Origin: an uncultured Chloroflexota bacterium
GTDB lineage: Bacteria; Chloroflexota; UBA11872; VXNJ01
Reading direction: 5' to 3'
NCBI GenBank assembly: GCA_964474495.1
Contig: CAYYTN010000002.1
Span: 1 to 42,860 of the forward strand
Length of the DNA: 42,860 nt
Part shown: positions 27,277 to 35,009 of the stretch, one piece after another
Position numbering within the stretch: position 1 is the stretch's first letter
Layout of the letters: every line of letters begins with the position of its first letter
Notes under the pieces: model-generated
Told to the model about the DNA's origin: nothing
The model's input: the letters and a program-made list of their open reading frames with translations, nothing else
The model's database searches: none
Made by a program: the position numbers and the translations under genes

Positions 27277-27368
27277 ACTGAATAGCGAACTGAAAAGGGC
27301 AAACCCGTCGCGAGGCGGGGACGCAAAGCTAAGGGGCTCACGAAGCCGGCCGAGCTGCCAGTAGGACG
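27277..27368 (+). promoter_or_regulatory. c-di-GMP-I (GEMM-I)-like riboswitch aptamer, unit 1
   Basis: GGGCAAACC (27297-27305). GNRA hairpin CCGUC-GCGA-GGCGG (27305-27318). GGACGCAAAGC (27319-27329), then UAAGGGGCUC...GAGCUGCC. ACUG (27289-92) can pair with CAGU (27359-62) as P1. This closely parallels the Vc2/Cd1 aptamer cores as recalled (GGGCAAACC...GAAA...GGGACGCAAAGCC). Confidence 0.8.
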
Positions 27369-27371
27369 GAA

Positions 27372-27414
27372 ACCCGTCGGAACGGCAGCAGGCCGAACCG
27401 GACGGGTTTTTTTT
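27372..27414 (+). terminator. intrinsic terminator of riboswitch unit 1
   Basis: CCCGUC (27373-78) pairs with GACGGG (27401-06), with flanking extra pairs, and is followed by U8 (27407-27414). Confidence 0.75.
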
Positions 27415-27459
27415 GCTTGCCGGCCCGGAACAGTCGAAGCTCTTCAGCCAGGCGGGACA

Positions 27460-27550
27460 ACTGAATAGATTCCCGAAAAAGGCAAAACCGTCGCGAGGCG
27501 GTGGCGCAAAGCCACGGGGCTCATGAGAGTCAGCCGGGCTGCCGCGGACA
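27460..27550 (+). promoter_or_regulatory. c-di-GMP-I (GEMM-I)-like riboswitch aptamer, unit 2 (variant core)
   Basis: It shares the ACUGAAUAG leader with unit 1, 183 nt downstream. GGCAAAACC (27481-89). Identical GNRA hairpin CCGUCGCGAGGCGG (27488-27501). UGGCGCAAAGC (27502-12), then CACGGGGCUC...GGGCUGCC. Confidence 0.7.
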
Positions 27551-27555
27551 CAGGC

Positions 27556-27594
27556 ACTCGCTCGCGGCTATCGAAGTCAGAGCGAGTTTTTTTT
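27556..27594 (+). terminator. intrinsic terminator of riboswitch unit 2
   Basis: Perfect 8-bp stem ACUCGCUC (27556-63) / GAGCGAGU (27580-87) with a 16-nt loop. The U8 run is 27587-27594, and its first U closes the stem. Confidence 0.8.
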
Positions 27595-27695
27595 CTGGGA
27601 ATAGCCCGGGACAGATGGTCAGGCCCGGGACGGAGGAGGCAGACGGAAAACTGGCCGGTTGATGATGTTGTATCAGAGGAAGGGACATTCCCAGA

Positions 27696-27869
27696 ATGAT
27701 GTTTTGGAAGACCATTGAATCGATCGAGCGCGAGGACGAAGGCCAGGCCCTGGTCGAGTACGGCTTGATCTTGTTTCTCGTCAGCGTTGCCATCGTTGCG
27801 GTTCTCGGACTACTGACTGGCCAGTTGCAGGTCGTTTTCCAGGCCGTTATCGCGGCGCTCGGCGGGTAA
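27696..27869 (+). CDS. flp: Flp family type IVb pilin (prepilin, 57 aa)
   Basis: Absent from the ORF track because it is under 60 aa. GAGGAAGGGA lies 10 nt upstream of the ATG. Sequence: MMFWKTIESIEREDEG/QALVEYGLILFLVSVAIVAVLGLLTGQLQVVFQAVIAALGG. It carries the Flp G/xxxxEY processing motif and a hydrophobic helix. It lies directly upstream of tadV-cpaB-tadZABC. Confidence 0.85.
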   Translation: MMFWKTIESIEREDEGQALVEYGLILFLVSVAIVAVLGLLTGQLQVVFQAVIAALGG

Positions 27870-28029
27870 GGGACCGGGGTACCGGAGAGGAAGCGAACAC
27901 GGGCGGCCCGGGATGACCAGAAGTCACCCGGAAACCGTGACGCGACCGCAGAGTGCTTTGACTGGAGCAACGGCCCGGACGGGCCGGAGTCGCGAACAAC
28001 AGATCAAATAACCCACTTCCTCTCCGGGC

Positions 28030-28056
28030 GGGGCGCCTCAGCCGCCGAGGCGCCCC
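28030..28056 (+). other. strong GC hairpin between flp and tadV (possible attenuator or mRNA-stabilising stem)
   Basis: GGGGCGCCUC (28030-39), loop AGCCGCC, GAGGCGCCCC (28047-56). This is a perfect 10-bp stem with no U-tract after it. Confidence 0.4.
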
Positions 28057-28079
28057 GCCATCCCCGCCTTCACCTACCA

Positions 28080-28547
28080 GTGGTGAGCATGCTTTACGCA
28101 GCAGCGATAGTTCTGGCGGCCGCGGCCGTTGCGACCGATCTCAGGTCCCGGAGGATACCTAACTGGTTGACCCTGCCGGCCCTGGGAACCGGCGTGACGC
28201 TTGGCCTTGTCGATGGCGGAATCGGCGGACTTGCCACCAGCCTGGTCGGCATCCTCGTCGGCGGCGGACTCCTGCTGGGCCCCACCCTGATCGGGGCCAT
28301 GGGCGCTGGAGATCTGAAGTTCCAGGCGGCGATGGGGGCCCTGCTGGGTCCCTGGTTTGCGGCCATATCGCTCGCCGCGGCGGCAATGTTTGGTGGCCTG
28401 CTGGCAGCCGGGTACGTCGTCTGGGCGATTCTCCGGCGGCGGCAGACGCTGCGGGCCGCACTGGCCGGACGCGTGCCCTACGGGCCGGCGCTGGCGCTCG
28501 GAGTCGTGGCGGCAATTCTGTTGCAGGCCCTGCCCCGCGGGGCATGA
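28080..28547 (+). CDS. tadV: A24-family prepilin peptidase, short TadV/CpaA type
   Basis: 155 aa polytopic protein with the two aspartate motifs ATDLRSRRIPN and GAGDLKF. It has no N-methyltransferase domain. Confidence 0.85.
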   Translation: MVSMLYAAAIVLAAAAVATDLRSRRIPNWLTLPALGTGVTLGLVDGGIGGLATSLVGILVGGGLLLGPTLIGAMGAGDLKFQAAMGALLGPWFAAISLAAAAMFGGLLAAGYVVWAILRRRQTLRAALAGRVPYGPALALGVVAAILLQALPRGA

Positions 28548-28578
28548 CTGCGCTTGTTGACGTAGAGGAGGGGACCAA

Positions 28579-29415
28579 ATGTTTAGAAACAGCGGAACAA
28601 GACGGATAGCGATCGCCGCTTTTGTGGCGCTCTTCGCAGTGTGGGTAGTCGTGGCGGTGTCGGCGATGCGCTTCATCCGCGAGCAGAACGAGGAAGCCGG
28701 CCGCACCGAGCCCTTCGTGGAGGTGGTGTACGTCACGACCCTGATCGAGGCCCGGGCGGTGGTGCCGGCGGACAGCCTGGAGGTGAAGTCGATACCGATC
28801 AGCCACGCGCACATCGACGCGGCCGTTTCGGTCGCCGAGGTGGCGGGGCAGATCGCGATCCAGTCGATGTTCGCCGGCGAGCAGGTGCTGCGCGGGAAAC
28901 TCACCGCCATCCGCGCCGACGCCGGCCTGGCGCTGCAGATCGATGCCGGACAGCGGGGCATCTCGGTCTCGTTCAGCGAGGTCATCGGCGCCGGCGGCCA
29001 CATCGTCCCCGGCGATATCGTGGACGTGATCGCGGTCTTTGACGACAACGTGCTCGAGGCGCGGTCGGCCGGCTACATCCTGGAGGGTGTGCAGGTGCTG
29101 GCGGTGGCGCGAGAACTGCAACGCCCGCAAGTCCTGCCCGAGACCGGGGCCGAGACCGAGGGCGGCGGATTTGGCTCGACGCAGAAGGAGACCATCGCGC
29201 AGTCGGTGACGCTGGCGGTATCCCCGGCCGAGGCCCAGCGACTGGCGCTGGCGGAGCGGTTTGGGGACCTGCGCCTGGCGCTGCGACCGCTGAATGAGGA
29301 GATGGGGGCCGCCCCGGAGATCGTGGATATCGAACACGTGTTCCTGGGCGACCCGGTTGAAGTGGCCACACTGGGACCGACGTCCCTGGCCACCGCCGAT
29401 GCGGCGGGGAGGTAG
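28579..29415 (+). CDS. cpaB: Flp pilus assembly protein CpaB/RcpC
   Basis: N-terminal TM segment. SAF-like segment (VPADSLEVKSIPISH...GEQVLRGKL). RcpC/CpaB C-terminal segment (GQRGISVSF...GGHIVPGDIVDVIAVF...VTLAVSPAEAQRLALAE). Confidence 0.85.
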   Translation: MFRNSGTRRIAIAAFVALFAVWVVVAVSAMRFIREQNEEAGRTEPFVEVVYVTTLIEARAVVPADSLEVKSIPISHAHIDAAVSVAEVAGQIAIQSMFAGEQVLRGKLTAIRADAGLALQIDAGQRGISVSFSEVIGAGGHIVPGDIVDVIAVFDDNVLEARSAGYILEGVQVLAVARELQRPQVLPETGAETEGGGFGSTQKETIAQSVTLAVSPAEAQRLALAERFGDLRLALRPLNEEMGAAPEIVDIEHVFLGDPVEVATLGPTSLATADAAGR

Positions 29416-29418
29416 TGG

Positions 29419-30678
29419 GTGATGGAGTACAGCGGAAACGTTTTTGTGGTCGCCCCTGCTCCGGCGGATGAGTTCGACGACGCGCTGGATGCGGCCGGGG
29501 TTGAGGTAGTCGGACGCTCGGAGCCGGATCCGATTCAGTCGGTGGCGGCGATCAGCGCGGCGAAGCCGGATGCGGTGCTGGTGGATCTCGACTGGCCGAT
29601 GCAGGACTCTCTGGAGGTGATTGCCGGTCTGCTGGAAGCCGAGCCGGCGCTGCCGGTGGTCGCGGCGACATCGATGCCGCGGTCGGCTGAGATCACACAG
29701 CTCCTGGAATCCAGCCTGGTGTCGGTGGTGGAGAAGCCGCTGCAATGGGTCGAGTTCAAGCAGGCCAGCAACCGCCGGCTGAACGGGTCGGCGCACCCAA
29801 CGGCGGTGGACGCGGAGCCGGTGGTCGCTGAAGGGGCCGGCCGAGTGATCGCCGTGGCCGGAGCCAAGGGTGGGAGCGGCCGGACGGCCATCGCCACCAA
29901 CCTGGCGGTGAGCCTGGCGATGACCCGGAAGGCATCGGTGGCGCTGGTGGACTTCGATCTGGAATTCGGCGATGTCGCGCTGGCGCTCGACATGGTCCCG
30001 GATTTCAGCCTGGTGGACCTCCCCCAGCAGATGGAGCGGCTGGATCCGCTGTTGCTGGGGCAGTACATGACGTTGCACCAGAGCGGTCTTCGGCTGCTGG
30101 CGGCGCCGATGCGGCCCGGGCAGGAGCGGCGTTTCACCGCTCGCCATGCGGTGGTGATCCTGAACCTGTTGCGGCAGATGTTCGATCTGGTGGTCGTCGA
30201 TCTTCCCCGGGGGCTGGGACCGATTCCGGCGACGACGCTGGGGCTGGCCGAAGAAGTGGTCTTCGTGGCCGAGCCGCAACTGGCCGGGATCAAGAACAGC
30301 CGCCTGGCCCTGCACGTGCTGGATTCCTGGGGGAACAAGGAGCGTGGCCTGCGGGTGGTGCTGAATCGAAACACACCCAAGGCGCAGGCCGTCAGGGCCG
30401 AGGTGGAAGCGGCCCTGGGTACGGAGATCGCGGCCGAGTTCCCGTTCGAGAAGAAGCTGGCGAAGGCGATGCTGGCCGGGCGGTCTCTGCGGGAAATGGC
30501 TCCCAAATCTCGCCTGGTGAAAGCAATCGATCGACTGGCGAATGAACTGGCTCCGCAGGGAGCGGTTGAGGCTCCGAGTCGGTCGGTGCTGGGTTTCTTC
30601 CGCAAGACCCGTCGCGAGGAGCTGCGCAGCCTCGAACGAGCGGTCCTACAGGCGAGTGGAGGTGACAGCGGTGGCTAG
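29419..30678 (+). CDS. tadZ: TadZ/CpaE: receiver-like domain fused to a ParA/MinD-type ATPase
   Basis: The N-terminus resembles a CheY-like domain (DAVLVDLDWPMQDSLEVI). The ATPase part has VIAVAGAKGGSGRTAIATNLAVSLA. The start is GTG 29419 or ATG 29422. Confidence 0.85.
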   Translation: MMEYSGNVFVVAPAPADEFDDALDAAGVEVVGRSEPDPIQSVAAISAAKPDAVLVDLDWPMQDSLEVIAGLLEAEPALPVVAATSMPRSAEITQLLESSLVSVVEKPLQWVEFKQASNRRLNGSAHPTAVDAEPVVAEGAGRVIAVAGAKGGSGRTAIATNLAVSLAMTRKASVALVDFDLEFGDVALALDMVPDFSLVDLPQQMERLDPLLLGQYMTLHQSGLRLLAAPMRPGQERRFTARHAVVILNLLRQMFDLVVVDLPRGLGPIPATTLGLAEEVVFVAEPQLAGIKNSRLALHVLDSWGNKERGLRVVLNRNTPKAQAVRAEVEAALGTEIAAEFPFEKKLAKAMLAGRSLREMAPKSRLVKAIDRLANELAPQGAVEAPSRSVLGFFRKTRREELRSLERAVLQASGGDSGG

Positions 30679-32191
30679 TCGCGAAGGTGACCTGGCGGCG
30701 AAGGCTGCCCTGGAGCGAATCGTACGTTCGTATCGACCGCGCAATCCGGAAGCCGAGGGCGCCCCGGATGCGGCCAGCGAGGCGGCGCTGCACCGGATCC
30801 TCCGATTCGGCGCGACGGCGGATGTCGACGGCGACCCGGGCAGCGCGGCCGGCCCGCCGGTCGACCGGCCGGAGGAGCTTGTGGAACCCGCCGGCAACCC
30901 CGGTGGCAGCTCGGACGCCGCCATGGAGGTCAAGGCCCGCATCCACGAACGGGTGATCGCCGAGATCGACATCGGGCAGGCCTCGGATGCCGATGCCAAG
31001 CGGGTGCGGTCGATGGTGAAGCAACTCGCCATGGACCTGATGAAGGAAGATGCCGACCTGGTCCTTTCGGAGGCGCGGATGCAGGAACTCGGCGGCGAGA
31101 TCGTCGATGACGTTCTGGGGCTGGGGCCACTGGAGCCGCTGCTGGATGATCCTTCGGTCAGTGAAGTGATGGTCAATACGCACCGGCAGGTCTATTTCGA
31201 GCGCGACGGAAAGCTGCTGCTGAGCGACCGGACCTTTCGCGATGAAGGCCAGGTGATGCAGGTGGCGGACCGCATCCTGACCCCGTTGGGGCGGCGCATC
31301 GACGAGCAGTCGCCGATGGCGGACGCCCGGCTGCCAGACGGCTCACGGGTGAACATCATCATCCCGCCGCTGGCGGTGGACGGCCCAGTCATCACGATCC
31401 GGAAGTTCTCGAAGGACCCGCTGACTATTGAGAAACTGATCGAATACGGCTCGGTCACCGGGGAAATCGCCGAGTTCCTGGACGCCTGCGTGACGGCCCG
31501 GCTCAACGTGCTGGTGTCGGGCGGGACGGGTACCGGCAAGACGACCATGCTGAACGCGCTGTCGTCGTTCGTCTCGGGAACCGAGCGGATCGTAACCATC
31601 GAAGACCCGGCTGAAATGCAGCTTCAGCAACCGCACGTTGTCCGGCTGGAGACCCGACCGCCGAGTGTGCTCGGGACGGGGGCGATCACCCAGCGGGAAC
31701 TGGTGAAGAACGCCCTGCGGATGCGGCCTGACCGGATCCTGGTCGGGGAGGTGCGCGGAGGCGAGGCGTTTGACATGCTGCAGGCGATGAACACGGGCCA
31801 TGAGGGATCGATGACCACGGTCCACGCCAATACCCCGCGGGACGCCCTGGCGCGGATACAGAACATGGTGATGATGGCGGGGCTTGATCTGCCGGAGCGG
31901 GCGATCAAGGAGCAGGTCGTGTCGGCGATTGACATCGTGGTCCAGCTCGTCCGGCTTTCGGATGGAACCCGCAAGGTCACCCACGTGACCGAAATCGCCG
32001 GGCTTGAAGGGGAAACCGTTTCGCTGCAGGACATCTTTGTGTTCGAGCGACGCGGGATTGCCGAGGACGGGGCCGTGGAAGGGGAACTGGCGCCCACCGG
32101 GCTGGTTCCGACCTTCTCGGAGCGGCTGCAGCGCAGTGGCGTTCAGCTGCCACCGACCCTGTTCCAGCGCCGGAACGGGTTCCTGGTATGA
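30671..32191 (+). CDS. tadA: TadA/CpaF secretion ATPase
   Basis: Walker [30 protein letters not shown] and [41 protein letters not shown] 30671 lies 8 nt after GGAGG. The track start 30542 overlaps tadZ heavily. GTG 30656 and 30662 are also possible. Confidence 0.9.
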   Translation: MASREGDLAAKAALERIVRSYRPRNPEAEGAPDAASEAALHRILRFGATADVDGDPGSAAGPPVDRPEELVEPAGNPGGSSDAAMEVKARIHERVIAEIDIGQASDADAKRVRSMVKQLAMDLMKEDADLVLSEARMQELGGEIVDDVLGLGPLEPLLDDPSVSEVMVNTHRQVYFERDGKLLLSDRTFRDEGQVMQVADRILTPLGRRIDEQSPMADARLPDGSRVNIIIPPLAVDGPVITIRKFSKDPLTIEKLIEYGSVTGEIAEFLDACVTARLNVLVSGGTGTGKTTMLNALSSFVSGTERIVTIEDPAEMQLQQPHVVRLETRPPSVLGTGAITQRELVKNALRMRPDRILVGEVRGGEAFDMLQAMNTGHEGSMTTVHANTPRDALARIQNMVMMAGLDLPERAIKEQVVSAIDIVVQLVRLSDGTRKVTHVTEIAGLEGETVSLQDIFVFERRGIAEDGAVEGELAPTGLVPTFSERLQRSGVQLPPTLFQRRNGFLV

Positions 32192-33147
32192 GCGCCGCGC
32201 TCCTGGCCATGGTGGCGGCCTACCTCGCCGCGGGTGGGCTGCTGCTGTTCCTGACATTGCGGGTGTTCAAGTTCGACCCGTCCGCGCAGATGCGTCGCCG
32301 CCTTGAGGGTTTTGGGATCGAGGAAGAGGCCATCGAAGTGGCGCCCTCCGACGGGATTGGCCGGAGGTCGTCTTCGTTGGCCGGGGACGGGCCCTGGCAG
32401 CGCTTCAACGGGAACATCAACCGGGTTCTGGCCAGCGCCGACCTGCAGGGCAAGGCCGGCCTGTACATGACGGCCACGCTGCTCGTGCCGGCGCTGCTGG
32501 CGCTGATCGTGGTCGCCCGCACGGGGACGACCCTGGCGGCGCTGCCGGCGGTGTTTGTGGGCGGGATGATCCCGCGGGTCTACGTGAAGGTGATGGCCGG
32601 GCGGCGGCAGAGCGCGCTCCAGAGCCAGCTTGCGGACGCGCTCGGGATGATCGCCGAGGCGGTGCGGGCCGGGCATACCTTCTTGCAGGGCGTGAAGATG
32701 GTCGCTCGGGAGATGCGGGCGCCGATTTCGGTGGAAATGCAGCAGATTCTCGATTCAATTCAGCTGGGGCGGACCGTGGAGGCGGCGCTTGAGGAATTCG
32801 CCGATCGGAATTCGAGCTACGACATCGGAATCGCGGTCACGGCCATCGGGGTGCAGCGGGAGGTCGGCGGGAACCTGACCGAGACCCTGGATCGGATTGC
32901 GGAGACGGTGCGCGAGCGGGAACGGGTCCGCGGCGAGGTCAGCGCGCTTACGGCCCAGGGGAAGCTCTCCGGGCTGGTGATCAGCCTGATCCCGGTTGCG
33001 CTGCTGCTTTTGATGTCGATGCTGAACCCCGATTACATGGGCGCATTAACCGGGACGGGCCCGGGACGTATCTTGCTGGGCGTGGCGAGTGGGGGCTGGC
33101 TGCTCGGGTTCTTGATGATTGGGAAGATCACGAATGTCCGGTATTGA
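32188..33147 (+). CDS. tadB: TadB (T2SS-F domain inner-membrane platform protein)
   Basis: ATGA overlap with the tadA stop. T2SSF-type segment LADALGMIAEAVRAGHTFLQGV...LGRTVEAALEEFADR.... Confidence 0.85.
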   Translation: MSAALLAMVAAYLAAGGLLLFLTLRVFKFDPSAQMRRRLEGFGIEEEAIEVAPSDGIGRRSSSLAGDGPWQRFNGNINRVLASADLQGKAGLYMTATLLVPALLALIVVARTGTTLAALPAVFVGGMIPRVYVKVMAGRRQSALQSQLADALGMIAEAVRAGHTFLQGVKMVAREMRAPISVEMQQILDSIQLGRTVEAALEEFADRNSSYDIGIAVTAIGVQREVGGNLTETLDRIAETVRERERVRGEVSALTAQGKLSGLVISLIPVALLLLMSMLNPDYMGALTGTGPGRILLGVASGGWLLGFLMIGKITNVRY

Positions 33148-34078
33148 GCTATCTACGTTAAGCACCGAAGTCGGCCTGGCGCTGCTGGCGATACCGGTGG
33201 TGCTGGCGCTGGCGGCGCTTGCCGGATTGATCTGGACGGGCTCGCGGTCTTCGGGCGTCGAAGACCGACTGCGGGCGTACCTGGGCGAGCCCGAGGATTC
33301 GGCTGAGGAATCGGCCGCTCCCGGTGAAGTCGCGGCCACGCGGCGCCGCTCGGGGCTGCTGACGGGGCTCGGCGGGGCCTTCGCCGGCAAGTCGATCCGG
33401 GAGCTCGACAGCCGGCTGGCGATGGCCGGACGGCCGGGGGACTTCAGCGCCCAGGCGTTCGTTGGCCTGAAGGTGCTGATCGCGCTACTCGGCGCGACGC
33501 TGGGCATCGCGCTGGCGGTGGCGACGGCCGGCGGCGCGGCAACTGTGTTGCTGGGCGCCGCGGTCACGCTGCTCGGGTTCCGGCTTCCCAACATCTGGCT
33601 GCTTCGCCGAATCTCGGCCCGGCAGGCGGAAATCCGCGCTTCACTCCCTGATGCGCTCGATCTGATCACGGTGAGCGCCGAGGCAGGCCTGGCGTTTGAA
33701 GCCGCGCTGGCCCGGCTCAGCACCAGGATGACCGGCGCGCTCGCCGAGGAATTTGAACTGATGTTGCGCGAAATCGGACTGGGCAAGACCCGGCGGCAGG
33801 CGCTGCGCGATCTGGCCGAGCGGTCGGATGTGGAGGAACTGCGGACGTTTGTGGCGATGATCGTGCAGACCGACGAACTGGGCGGGGACATCGGCGGGGT
33901 GCTCCGGGCCCAGGCGCTGGCCTCGCGGACCCGGCGACGGCAGGCGGCGCAGAAGAAGGCCCTGCAGGCGCCGGTGAAGATGGTGTTTCCGCTGGTGCTC
34001 TTCATCCTGCCGGCCACGTTTGTGGTGATTCTCGGGCCGGCCGCCCTGCAGATCATCCCGATGGTGCTTGGTGGCTGA
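33134..34078 (+). CDS. tadC: TadC (T2SS-F domain inner-membrane platform protein)
   Basis: ATG 33134 overlaps the tadB stop. Contains LPDALDLITVSAEAGLAFEAALARL...GKTRRQALRDLAERS and C-terminal TM helices. Confidence 0.85.
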   Translation: MSGIELSTLSTEVGLALLAIPVVLALAALAGLIWTGSRSSGVEDRLRAYLGEPEDSAEESAAPGEVAATRRRSGLLTGLGGAFAGKSIRELDSRLAMAGRPGDFSAQAFVGLKVLIALLGATLGIALAVATAGGAATVLLGAAVTLLGFRLPNIWLLRRISARQAEIRASLPDALDLITVSAEAGLAFEAALARLSTRMTGALAEEFELMLREIGLGKTRRQALRDLAERSDVEELRTFVAMIVQTDELGGDIGGVLRAQALASRTRRRQAAQKKALQAPVKMVFPLVLFILPATFVVILGPAALQIIPMVLGG

Positions 34079-34082
34079 GTTG

Positions 34083-34433
34083 ATGGAGATCCGCCGCACT
34101 GACGGGAACGTCGTGGCCCGCCGCGCGAAGGTTGCGGACACGTTCGGAACGCGGCTGCGCGGCCTGATGGGGCGGCGGAACTTCGACCCGGTGGACGGCC
34201 TGGCGCTGGCCCGGGTGACGAGCGTGCACACCTTCTTCATGCGGATGGCGATCGACGTCCTCTTCGTGGATGAAGAGGGGCGCGTCCTGGAGACCCGCCG
34301 AGCGCTGCCGCCCTGGCGCCTGGCGGCCGGTGGGAAGGCGGTTCGCCAGACGCTGGAACTGCCCGACGGAACCATCGACCGGCTCGATTTGCAGCCCGGC
34401 GACCGGCTTATCTTCGGCCCGACCGCGGTCTGA
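34083..34433 (+). CDS. DUF192 family protein
   Basis: RLRGLMGRR...GLALARVTSVHTFFMRMAIDVLFVDEEGRVL...TLELPDGT...LQPGDRL fits the DUF192/COG1430 pattern. ATG 34083 lies just after the tadC stop. The track TTG 34068 start overlaps tadC. Confidence 0.75.
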   Translation: MEIRRTDGNVVARRAKVADTFGTRLRGLMGRRNFDPVDGLALARVTSVHTFFMRMAIDVLFVDEEGRVLETRRALPPWRLAAGGKAVRQTLELPDGTIDRLDLQPGDRLIFGPTAV

Positions 34434-34455
34434 GGCGGCGACCCGCGGGCAATAG

Positions 34456-34464
34456 TGCTATAAA
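34456..34464 (+). promoter_or_regulatory. candidate extended -10 promoter element for nuoEF
   Basis: TGCTATAAA follows the TGnTATAAT pattern, about 58 nt upstream of the nuoE ATG at 34522. Pattern match only. Confidence 0.35.
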
Positions 34465-34521
34465 TGCTCGCTTCGTGGTGGGAACCTGCGGAAAATGGCT
34501 CCCCGGCGACAGGAGTGGTTG

Positions 34522-35007
34522 ATGAGCGAAACGGCGATCCCGGCGGCGGCGATCGACGACCTGCGGGCACGGGTGCAGCCGTTGAAGGACGATCCCGGCT
34601 CGGTGCTGGAGGCGTTGCACGCCGCCCAGGATGTCTTTGGCTATGTGCCGCCGGAGGCGGTGGAACTGATTGCCGAGGAACTGGGATACCCCGAGGCCCA
34701 CGTCTACGGCGTGGTCACGTTCTACACGATGTTCTATACCGAGCCGCAGGCGACTCACATCCTGCGCGTATGCCGTGATCTCTCCTGTCATGTGAACGGC
34801 GCCCCCGGAGTGGTGACCGCCATCGAGAAGAAGCTGGGCGTCCACGCCGGTCAATCGACCGCGGATGGTCGTTTCAAGCTGGAACTGGTCTCCTGCCTGG
34901 GGCAGTGTGACCGGCAGCCGGCGCTGCTGGACAACCTGGAGCCGCACGGTCATTTGACCCCGGAGCGGGTGGAGAAGTTGATCGAGGAACTGGGGGACGG
35001 GGCCTAG
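34522..35007 (+). CDS. nuoE: NADH-quinone oxidoreductase subunit E-type [2Fe-2S] protein
   Basis: ATG 34522 lies 6 nt after AGGAG; ATG 34495 is an alternative. Contains VCRDLSCHVNG and SCLGQCDRQP cysteine motifs and YGVVTFYTMF. Confidence 0.85.
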   Translation: MSETAIPAAAIDDLRARVQPLKDDPGSVLEALHAAQDVFGYVPPEAVELIAEELGYPEAHVYGVVTFYTMFYTEPQATHILRVCRDLSCHVNGAPGVVTAIEKKLGVHAGQSTADGRFKLELVSCLGQCDRQPALLDNLEPHGHLTPERVEKLIEELGDGA

Positions 35008-35009
35008 AC

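Noticed and set aside
27530-27970. 146-aa - strand ORF covering the flp region
   Set aside because: It spans riboswitch terminator 2 (translating the A8 run as KK) and the antisense of the Flp pilin gene. The + strand interpretation explains the SD, the Flp motif and the operon context.
27912-28010. 32-codon ORF (MTRSHPETVTRPQS...) in the flp-tadV spacer, considered as a second pilin or minor pilin
   Set aside because: It has no hydrophobic helix, no G/xxxxEY or TadE-like motif, no SD and weak codon bias.
28159-30315. 718-aa - strand ORF, the longest in the track, together with 28074..29048 and 29535..30605
   Set aside because: They are antisense to tadV, cpaB and tadZ, which have clear family signatures on the + strand. 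Their composition is Arg/Pro/Gln/His-rich with no motifs.
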